From contig OZ037766.1 in the NCBI GenBank assembly GCA_964035545.1, positions 17,881,081-17,945,080 on the forward strand: DNA of 64,000 bases, given 5' to 3'. A model generated the notes under the pieces. The model had not been told where the DNA came from. It ran no database searches and worked only from the letters and a program-made list of their open reading frames with translations. This DNA is from Bugula neritina. Its lineage: Eukaryota; Animalia; Bryozoa. Of the stretch, positions 54,177-64,000 are shown piece by piece; positions within the stretch are counted from its first letter, which is position 1, and each line of letters starts with the position of its first letter. The position numbers were made by a program, and so were the translations under genes.

Positions 54177-57100
54177 AGTATATTTCAGTAGTTTGCAACA
54201 TATTTCAGTAGGTTACCAGATATTCGGTATGTTGCAGCATATTTCAATGTGTTGCAGTGTATTTCAATATGTTACAGTGTATTTCAGTATGTTGCAGTAT
54301 GTTGCAGTCTGATGCAGTATGTTGCAGTGTATTTCTGATTGTTACAGTGTATTTCAGTATGTTGCAGTATATTTCAGTATGTTACAGTATGTTTCAGTAT
54401 GTTGCAGTATACTTCAGTGGGTTATAGTATATTTCAGTATGATACAGCGTATTTCAGCATGTTACAGTGTATTTCAGTATGTTACAGTCTGTTTCAGTAT
54501 GTTGCAATATATTTCCGTGGGTTATAGTATATTTCAGTATGATACAGCGTATTTCAGTATGTTACAGTGTATTTCAGCATGTTGCGGTATTTTGCAATGC
54601 ATTTCAGTATGTTACAGTGTATTTCAGTATGTTGCAGTATATTTCAGTATGTTACAATAAATTTCAGTATGTTACAGTACATTGCCTTAAATTACACCAT
54701 ACTTCAGTGAGTTGTAGTATATTTCAGTATCTTGCAGTATATCTCAGTATGTTACAGTATATTTCAGTATGTTACAGTATATTTCAGTGTGTTACAGTAT
54801 ATTGAGTATATTTCAGTAGTTTGCAACATACTTCAGTAGGTTACCAGATATTTCGATATGTTGCAGCATATTTCAATGTGTTGCAGTGTATTTCAATATG
54901 TTACAGTGTATTTCAGTATGTTGCAGTATGTTGCAGTCTGATGCAGTATGTTGCAGTGTATTTCTGATTGTTACAGTGTATTTCAGTATGTTGCAGTATA
55001 TTTCAGTATGTTACAGTATGTTTCAGTATGTTGCAGTATACTTCAGTGGGTTATAGTATATTTCAGTATGATACAGCGTATTTCAGTATGTTACAGTGTA
55101 TTTCAGTATGTTACAGTATGTTTCAGTATGTTGCAATATATTTCCGTGGGTTATAGTATATTTCAGTATGATACAGCGTATTTCAGTATGTTACAGTGTA
55201 TTTCAGTATGTTGCAGTATTTTGCAATGCATTTCAGTATGTTACAGTGTATTTCAGTATGTTGCAGTATATTTCAGTATGTTACAATAAATTTCAGTATG
55301 TTACAGTACATTTCCTTAAATTACACCATACTTCAGTGAGTTGTAGTATATTTCAGTATCTTGCAGTATATCTCAGTATGTTACAGTATATTTCAGTATG
55401 TTACAGTATATTTCAGTGTGTTACAGTATGTTGAGTATATTTCAGTAGTTTGCAACATATTTCAGTAGGTTACCAGATATTTCGGTATGTTGCAGCATAT
55501 TTCAATGTGTTGCAGTGTATTTCAATATGTTACAGTGTATTTCAGTATGTTGCAGTATGTTGCAGTATGATGCAGTATGGTTTAGTGTATTTCTGTATGT
55601 TACAGTGTATTTCAGTATGTTGCAGTATATCTCAGTATGTTACTGTATATTTCAGTATGTTTCAGTATATTTCATTGTATTACAGTAAATTTCAGTATGT
55701 TACAGTGCATTTGCAGATATTACACTATACGTCAGTGAGTTTTAGTGTGTTTCAGTATGTTCCAGTATATTTAAGTATTTTGCAGTATTTTGCAATATAT
55801 TTTAGTATGTTACAGTGTATTTCAGTACGTTGCAGTATATTTCAGTATGATACAATAAATTTCAGTGTGTTACAGTACATTTCTGCGAATTACACTATAC
55901 TTCCGTGAGTTGTAGTATATTTCAGTATCTTGCAGTATATCTCAGTATGTTACAGTTTATTTCAGTATGCTCCAGTATATTTCAGCGTGTTTCAGTATAT
56001 TTCAGCATGCCAAGGTGCATTTTTAGATTTTTCACTATACTTCAGTGAGTTTTAGTGTCTTTCAGTATGTTGCAGTATATTTCAATATCTTGCAACTTAT
56101 TTCAATGTGTTGCAATGTATTTCAACATGTTACAGTGTATTTCAGTATGTTGCAGTATGTTGCAGTGTATTTCAGTATGTTACAGTGTATTTCAGTAGGT
56201 TTCAGTATCTTGCAGTATATTTCAGTATGTTGCAGTATATTTCAGTGGGTTACAGTATATTCCAGTATGTTCCAGTATGTTGCAGTATATTTCAGTATGT
56301 TGCAGTGTATTTCAGTATGTTACAGTGTATTTCAGTATGTTGCAGTATGTTGCAGTGTATTTCTGTATGTTACAGCGTATTTCTGTATGTTACAGTGTAT
56401 TTCAGTAGTTTGCAACATATTTCAGTAGGTTACCATATATTTTGGTATGTTGCAGCATATTTCAATGTGTTGCAGTGTATTTCAATATGTTACAGTGTAT
56501 TTCAGTATGTTGCAGTATGTTGCAGTGTATTTCTGTATGTTACAGGGTATTTCAGTATGTTGCAGTATATTTCAGTATGTTACAGTATGTTTCAGTATGT
56601 TGCAGTATATTTCAGTGGGTTATAGTATATTTCAGTATGATACAGCGTATTTCAGTATGTTACAGTGTATTTCAGTATGTTGCAGCGTTTTGCAATATAT
56701 TTCAGTATGTTACAGCGTATTTCAGTATGTTGCAGTATATTTCAGTATGTTACAATAAATTTCAGTATGTTACAGTACATTTCCGTAAATTACACCATAC
56801 TTCAGTGAGTTGTAGTATATTTCAGTATCTTGCAGTATATCTCAGTATGTTACTGTATATTTCAGTATGTTACAGTATATTTCAGTGTGTTACAGTAAAT
56901 TTCAGTATGTTACAGTGCATTTGCAGATATTACACTATACTTCAGTGAGTTTTTGTTTCTTTCAGTATGTTCCAGTATATTTAAGTGTGTTGCAGTATTT
57001 TGCAATATATTTTAGTATGTTACAGTGTATTTCAGTACGTTGCAGTATATTTCAGTATGATACAATAAATTTCAGTGTGTTACAGTACATTTCTGCAAAT

Positions 57101-60100
57101 TACACTATACTTCAGTGAGTTGTAGTATATTTCAGTATCTTGCAGTATATCTCAGTATGTTACAGTATATTTCAGTATGTTCCAGTATATTTCAGCGTGT
57201 TTCAGTATATTTCAGCATGCCACAGTACATTTTTAGATTTTTCACTATACTTCAGTGAGTTTTAGTGTCTTTCAGTATGTTGCAGTATAATTCGGTATCT
57301 TGCAACTTATTTCAATGTGTTGCAATGTATTTCAATATGTTACAGTGTATTTAAGTATGTTGCAGTATGTTGCAGTGTATTTCAGTATGTTACAGTGTAT
57401 TTCAGTAGGTTTCAGTATCTTGCAGTATATTTCAGTATGTTGCAGTATATTTCAGTGGGTTACAGTATATTCCAGTATGTTCCAGTATGTTGCAGTATAC
57501 TTCAGTATGTTGCAGTGTATTTCAGTATGTTACAGTGTATTTCAGTATGTTGCAGTATGTTGCAGTGTATTTCTGTATGTTACAGCGTATTTCTGTATGT
57601 TACAGTGTATTTCTGTATGTTACAGGGTATTTCAGTATGTTGCAGTGTATTTCAGTATGTTGCAGTATATTTCAGTATGTTACAGTATGTTTCAGTATGT
57701 TGCAGTATATTTCGGTGGGTTATAGTATATTTCAGTATGATACAGCGTATTTCAGTATGTAACAGTATATTTCAGTGTGTTACAGTATGTTGAGTATATT
57801 TCAGTAGTTTGCAACATATTTCAGTAGGTTACCAGATATTTCGGTATGTTGCAGCATATTTCAATGTGTTACAGTGTATTTCAGTATGTTGCAATATATT
57901 TCAGTATGATACAATAAATTCCAGTATGTTACAGTACATTTCCATAAATTACACTATACTTCAGTGAGTTGTAGTACATTTTGGTATCTTGCAGTATATC
58001 TCAGTATGTTACAGTATAGTTCAGTATGTTGCAGTATATTTCAGCGTGTTTCAGTATATTTCAGTATGTCACAGTGCATTTCCAGATATTACACTATACT
58101 TCAGTGAGTTTTAGTGTTTTTCAGTATGTTGCAGTATGTTGCAGTGTATTTCAGTATGTTACAGTGTATTTCAGTAGGTTTCAGTGTCTTGCAGTATAAT
58201 CCAGCATGTTGCAGTATATTTCAGGATGTTGCAGTATGTTTCAGTATGTTACAGTATTTTGCAGTATTTTGCAGTATAGTTCAGTGTGTTACAGTATATT
58301 TCATTATGTTGCAGTATGTTGCAGTATATTTCAGTAGTTTGCAACATATTTCAGTAGGTTACCATATATTTCGGTATGTTGCAGCATATTTCAATGTGTT
58401 GCAGTGTATTTCAATATGTTACAGTGTATTTCAGCATGTTGCAGTATGTTGCAGTATGCTGCAGTATGTTGCAGTCTATTTCTGTATGTTACAGTGTATT
58501 TCAGTATGTTGCAGTATATTTCAGTATGTTACAGTATATTTCAGTATGTTGCAGTATATTTCAGTGGGTTATAGTATATTTCAGTATGATACGGCGTCTT
58601 TCAGTATGTTACAGTGTATTTCAGTATGTTGCAGTATTTTGCAATATGTTTCAGTATGTTACAGTGTATTTCAGTATGTTGCAGTATATTTCAGTATTTT
58701 GCAGTATATTTCAGTGGGTTATAGTATATTTCAGTATGATACAGCGTATTTCAGTATGTTACAGTGTATTTCAGTATGTTACAGTATGTTTCAGTATGTT
58801 GCAGTATATTTCCGTGGGTTATAGTATATTTCAGTATGATACAGCGTATTTCAGTATGTTACAGTGTATTTCAGTATGTTGCGGTATTTTGCAATGCATT
58901 TCAGTATGTTACAGTGTATTTCAGTATGTTGCAGTATATTTCAGTATGTTACAATAAATTTCAGTATGTTACAGTACATTTCCGTAAATTATACCATGCT
59001 TCAGTGAGTTGTAGTATATTTCAGTATCTTGCAGCATATCTCAGTATGTTACAGTATATTTCAGTATGTTGAGTATATTTCAGTAGTTTGCAACATATTT
59101 CAGTAGGTTACCAGATATTTCGGTATGTTGCAGCATATTTCAATGTGTTGCAGTGTATTTCAATATGTTACAGTGTATTTCAGTATGTTGCAGTATGTTG
59201 CAGTCTGATGCAGTATGTTGCAGTGTATTTCCGATTGTTACAGTGTATTTCAAAATGTTGCAGTATATTTCAGTATGTTACAGTATGTTTCAGTATGTTG
59301 CAGTATACTTCAGTGGGTTATAGTATATTTCAGTATGATACAGCGTATTTCAGTATGTTACAGTGTATTTCAGTATGTTACAGTATGTTTCAGTATGTTG
59401 CAATATATTTCCGTGGGTTATAGTATATTTCAGTATGATACAGCGTATTTCAGTATGTTACAGTGTATTTCAGCATGTTGCGGTATTTTGCAATGCATTT
59501 CAGTATGTTACAGTGTATTTCAGTATGTTGCAGTATATTTCAGTATGTTACAATAAATTTCAGTATGTTACAGTACATTTCCTTAAATTACACCATACTT
59601 CAGTGAGTTGTAGTATATTTCAGTAACTTGCAGTATATCTCAGTATGTTACAGTATATTTCAGTATGTTACAGTATATTTCAGTGTGTTACAGTATATTG
59701 AGTATATTTCAGTAGTTTGCAACATATTTCAGTAGGTTACCAGATATTTCGATATGTTGCAGCATATTTCAATGTGTTGCAGTGTATTTCAATATGTTAC
59801 AGTGTATTTCAGTATGTTGCAGTATGTTGCAGTCTGATGCAGTATGTTGCAGTGTATTTCTGATTGTTACAGTGTATTTCAGTATGTTGCAGTATATTTC
59901 AGTATGTTACAGTATGTTTCAGTATGTTGCAGTATACTTCAGTGGGTTATAGTATATTTCAGTATGATACAGCGTATTTCAGTATGTTACAGTGTATTTC
60001 AGTATGTTACAGTATGTTTCAGTATTTTGCAATATATTTCCGTGGGTTATAGTATATTTCAGTATGATACAGCGTATTTCAGTATGTTACAGTGTATTTC

Positions 60101-63100
60101 AGTATGTTGCAGTATTTTGCAATGCATTTCAGTATGTTACAGTGTATTTCAGTATGTTGCAGTATATTTCAGTATGTTACAATAAATTTCAGTATGTTAC
60201 AGTACATTTCCTTAAATTACACCATACTTCAGTGAGTTGTAGTATATTTCAGTATCTTGCAGTATATCTCAGTATGTTACAGTATATTTCAGTATGTTAC
60301 AGTATATTTCAGTGTGTTACAGTATGTTGAGTATATTTCAGTAGTTTGCAACATATTTCAGTAGGTTAACAGATATTTCGGTATGTTGCAGCATATTTCA
60401 ATGTGTTGCAGTGTATTTCAATATGTTACAGTGTATTTCAGTATGTTGCAGTATGTTGCAGTATGATGCAGTATGGTTCAGTGTATTTCTGTATGTTACA
60501 GTGTATTTCAGTATGTTGCAGTATATCTCAGTATGTTACTGTATATTTCAGTATGTTTCAGTATATTTCATTGTATTACAGTAAATTTCAGTATGTTACA
60601 GTGCATTTGCAGATATTACACTATACGTCAGTGAGTTTTAGTGTGTTTCAGTATGTTCCAGTATATTTAAGTATTTTGCAGTATTTTGCAATATATTTTA
60701 GTATGTTACAGTGTATTTCAGTATGTTGCAGTATATTTCAGTATGATACAATAAATTTCAGTGTGTTACAGTACATTTCTGCAAATTACACTATACTTCA
60801 GTGAGTTGTAGTATATTTCAGTATCTTGCAGTATATCTCAGTATGTTACAGTTTATTTCAGTATGCTCCAGTATATTTCAGCGTGTTTCAGTATATTTCA
60901 GCATGCCAAGGTGCATTTTTAGATTTTTCACTATACTTCAGTGAGTTTTAGTGTCTTTCAGTATGTTGCAGTATATTTCGATATCTTGCAACTTATTTCA
61001 ATGTGTTGCAATGTATTTCAACATGTTACAGTGTATTTCAGTATGTTGCAGTATGTTGCAGTGTATTTCAGTATGTTACAGTGTATTTCAGTAGGTTTCA
61101 GTATCTTGCAGTATATTTCAGTATGTTGCAGTATATTTCAGTGGGTTACAGTATATTCCAGTATGTTCCAGTATGTTGCAGTATATTTCAGTATGTTGCA
61201 GTGTATTTCAGTATGTTACAGTGTATTTCAGTATGTTGCAGTATGTTGCAGTGTATTTCTGTATGTTACAGCGTATTTCTGTATGTTACAGTGTATTTCA
61301 GTAGTTTGCAACATATTTCAGTAGGTTACCATATATTTTGGTATGTTGCAGCATATTTCAATGTGTTGCAGTGTATTTCAATATGTTACAGTGTATTTCA
61401 GTATGTTGCAGTATGTTGCAGTGTATTTCTGTATGTTACAGGGTATTTCAGTATGTTGCAGTATATTTCAGTATGTTACAGTATGTTTCAGTATGTTGCA
61501 GTATATTTCAGTGGGTTATAGTATATTTCAGTATGATACAGCGTATTTCAGTATGTTACAGTGTATTTCAGTATGTTGCAGCGTTTTGCAATATATTTCA
61601 GTATGTTACAGCGTATTTCAGTATGTTGCAGTATATTTCAGTATGTTACAATAAATTTCAGTATGTTACAGTACATTTCCGTAAATTACACCATACTTCA
61701 GTGAGTTGTAGTATATTTCAGTATCTTGCAGTATATCTCAGTATGTTACTGTATATTTCAGTATGTTACAGTATATTTCAGTGTGTTACAGTAAATTTCA
61801 GTTTGTTACAGTGCATTTGCAGATATTACACTATACTTCAGTGAGTTTTTGTTTCTTTCAGTATGTTCCAGTATATTTAAGTATGTTGCAGTATTTTGCA
61901 ATATATTTTAGTATGTTACAGTGTATTTCAGTACGTTGCAGTATATTTCAGTATGATACAATAAATTTCAGTGTGTTACAGTACATTTCTGCAAATTACA
62001 CTATACTTCAGTGAGTTGTAGTATATTTCAGTATCTTGCAGTATATCTCAGTATGTTACAGTATATTTCAGTATGTTCCAGTATATTTCAGCGTGTTTCA
62101 GTATATTTCAGCATGCCACAGTACATTTTTAGATTTTTCACTATACTTCAGTGAGTTTTAGTGTCTTTCAGTATGTTGCAGTATAATTCGGTATCTTGCA
62201 ATTTATTTCAATGTGTTGCAATGTATTTCAATATGTTACAGTGTATTTAAGTATGTTGCAGTATGTTGCAGTGTATTTCAGTATGTTACAGTGTATTTCA
62301 GTAGGTTTCAGTATCTTGCAGTATATTTCAGTATGTTGCAGTATATTTCAGTGGGTTACAGTATATTCCAGTATGTTTCAGTATGTTGCAGTATACTTCA
62401 GTATGTTGCAGTGTATTTCAGTATGTTACAGTGTATTTCAGTATGTTGCAGTATGTTGCAGTGTATTTCTGTATGTTACAGCGTATTTCTGTATGTTACA
62501 GTGTATTTCTGTATGTTACAGGGTATTTCAGTATGTTGCAGTGTATTTCAGTATGTTGCAGTTTATTTCAGTATGTTACAGTATGTTTCAGTATGTTGCA
62601 GTATATTTCAGTGGGTTATAGTATATTTCAGTATGATACAGCGTATTTCAGTATGTAACAGTATATTTCAGTGTGTTACAGTATGTTGAGTATATTTCAG
62701 TAGTTTGCAACATATTTCAGTAGGTTACCAGATATTTCGGTATGTTGCAGCATATTTCAATGTGTTACAGTGTATTTCAGTATGTTGCAATATATTTCAG
62801 TATGATACAATAAATTCCAGTATGTTACAGTACATTTCCATAAATTACACTATACTTCAGTGAGTTGTAGTACATTTTGGTATCTTGCAGTATATCTCAG
62901 TATGTTACAGTATAGTTCAGTATGTTGCAGTATATTTCAGCGTGTTTTAGTATATTTCAGTATGTCACAGTGCATTTCCAGATATTACACTATACTTCAG
63001 TGAGTTTTAGTGTTTTTCAGTATGTTGCAGTATGTTGCAGTGTATTTCAGTATGTTACAGTGTATTTCAGTAGGTTTCAGTGTCTTGCAGTATAATCCAG

Positions 63101-63978
63101 CATGTTGCAGTATATTTCAGGATGTTGCAGTATGTTTCAGTATGTTACAGTATTTTGCAGTATTTTGCAGTATAGTTCAGTGTGTTACAGTATATTTCAT
63201 TATGTTGCAGTATGTTGCAGTATATTTCAGTAGTTTGCAACATATTTCAGTAGGTTACCATATATTTCGGTATGTTGCAGCATATTTCAATGTGTTGCAG
63301 TGTATTTCAATATGTTACAGTGTATTTCAGCATGTTGCAGTATGTTGCAGTATGCTGCAGTATGTTGCAGTCTATTTCTGTATGTTACAGTGTATTTCAG
63401 TATGTTGCAGTATATTTCAGTATGTTACAGTATATTTCAGTATGTTGCAGTATATTTCAGTGGGTTATAGTATATTTCAGTATGATACGGCGTCTTTCAG
63501 TATGTTACAGTGTATTTCAGTATGTTGCAGTATTTTGCAATATGTTTCAGTATGTTACAGTGTATTTCAGTATGTTGCAGTATATTTCAGTATGTTGCAG
63601 TATATTTCAGTGGGTTATAGTATCTTTCAGTATGATACAGCGTATTTCAGTATGTTACAGTGTATTTCAGTATGTTACAGTATGTTTCAGTATGTTGCAG
63701 TATATTTCCGTGGGTTATAGTATATTTCAGTATGATACAGTGTATTTCAGTATGTTGCGGTATTTTGCAATGCATTTCAGTATGTTACAGTGTATTTCAG
63801 TATGTTGCAGTATATTTCAGTATGTTACAACAAATTTCAGTATGTTACAGTACATTTCCGTAAATTATACCATGCTTCAGTGAGTTGTAGTATATTTCAG
63901 TATCTTGCAGCATATCTCAGTATGTTACAGTATATTTCAGTATGTTACAGTATATTTCAGTGTGTTACAGTATGTTGA
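54177..63978 (+). repeat. Recent tandem duplication, period about 4896 bp
   Basis: Marker spacings 628/629/2359/1279 repeat as 629/629/2359/1289. Private variants ATATTGAG, TTTCGATATG, TACGTCAG, GCCAAGGTGC, TTTTGTTTCT and TAATCCAG each occur twice, 4896 bp apart. Confidence 0.9.
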
Positions 63979-64000
63979 GTATATTTCAGTAGTTTGCAAC

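Larger units (their letters stand above)
1..64000. repeat. 10-bp-monomer tandem satellite array (consensus CAGTRTRTTN, with a 20/40-bp superstructure CAGTATGTTG-CAGTATATTT-CAGTATGTTA-CAGTGTATTT), about 6,400 monomers in a single orientation, running off both window ends
   Basis: CAG or a 1-2 nt variant recurs every 10 bp on every line. The phase starts with C at position 1 and ends with C at 63987, which matches exactly the 44 bp of deletions counted (41 x 1 bp, 1 x 2 bp, 1 x 1 bp). No unique sequence was seen. Confidence 0.99.

Noticed and set aside
120-63978. Hundreds of + strand ORFs encoding Cys/Tyr/Val/Ser/Gln/Phe-rich repeats (MLQYISVCCSIFQYVAVYFS…), up to 346 aa (17262-18302)
   Set aside because: The + strand consensus has no TAA, TAG or TGA and has ATG in about half the monomers. 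Because 10 is not a multiple of 3, all three frames give the same repeating peptide and overlap each other. The minus strand has TGA/TAA in nearly every 20-mer, hence no ORFs there. ORF ends simply track variant monomers. This is a satellite artefact with no recognisable domain.
581-63986. Recurrent conserved modules separated by variable stretches, resembling a CRISPR repeat-spacer array
   Set aside because: The intervening sequence is the same 10-bp satellite, 0.1-3 kb long and not unique, and there are no cas genes or leader.
1-64000. Telomeric repeat array
   Set aside because: The consensus has no G-tracts, the monomers are heterogeneous, and variants are inherited in kb-scale blocks, indicating recombinational amplification rather than templated telomerase addition.
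1-64000. Identity with known short satellites (from memory: the Drosophila AATAACATAG decamer and the Parascaris germline-limited TTGCA pentamer)
   Set aside because: Only partial words are shared (TAACATA on the minus strand; TTGCA as half of one monomer type), and the monomers differ. No organism or DNA-elimination claim can be supported without a database search.
1-64000. Embedded transposon, inversion, tRNA/rRNA or unique island
   Set aside because: The register bookkeeping closes exactly, and every line read stays in the same orientation and monomer family. No terminal repeats, target-site duplications or non-satellite sequence were seen.

Overview
The whole 64 kb window is one uninterrupted, single-orientation, AT-rich (about 30% GC in the consensus 40-mer) tandem satellite array of roughly 6,400 ten-base monomers, consensus CAGTRTRTTN. 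The dominant forms are CAGTATGTTG, CAGTATATTT, CAGTATGTTA and CAGTGTATTT, usually alternating as a 20/40-bp unit. It looks like eukaryotic heterochromatic or (peri)centromeric satellite; the organism cannot be identified from the sequence. I see no credible genes, RNA genes, transposons or CRISPR, and all ORFs in the track are artefacts of a stop-free + strand consensus. The interest lies in the higher-order structure: (i) the 10-bp phase is broken only 43 times, 41 of them by the same 9-bp monomer that always opens the same 'head' module; (ii) variant monomers form modules with fixed 140/170/140-bp spacing in two paralogous cassettes (X and Y); (iii) these are shuffled into irregular 0.45-3.4 kb units by deletions between homologous modules; (iv) there are recent kb-scale duplications (1449, 629, 2249/4858/7107, 3069, 3238, 4896 bp; dispersed copies at 17390/12802, 5265 and 4076 bp offsets); (v) a distinct sequence subfamily occupies about 48.3-64 kb. 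I found no evidence of a novel protein-based system; any functional reading below is a hypothesis. All counts and coordinates were read by eye.
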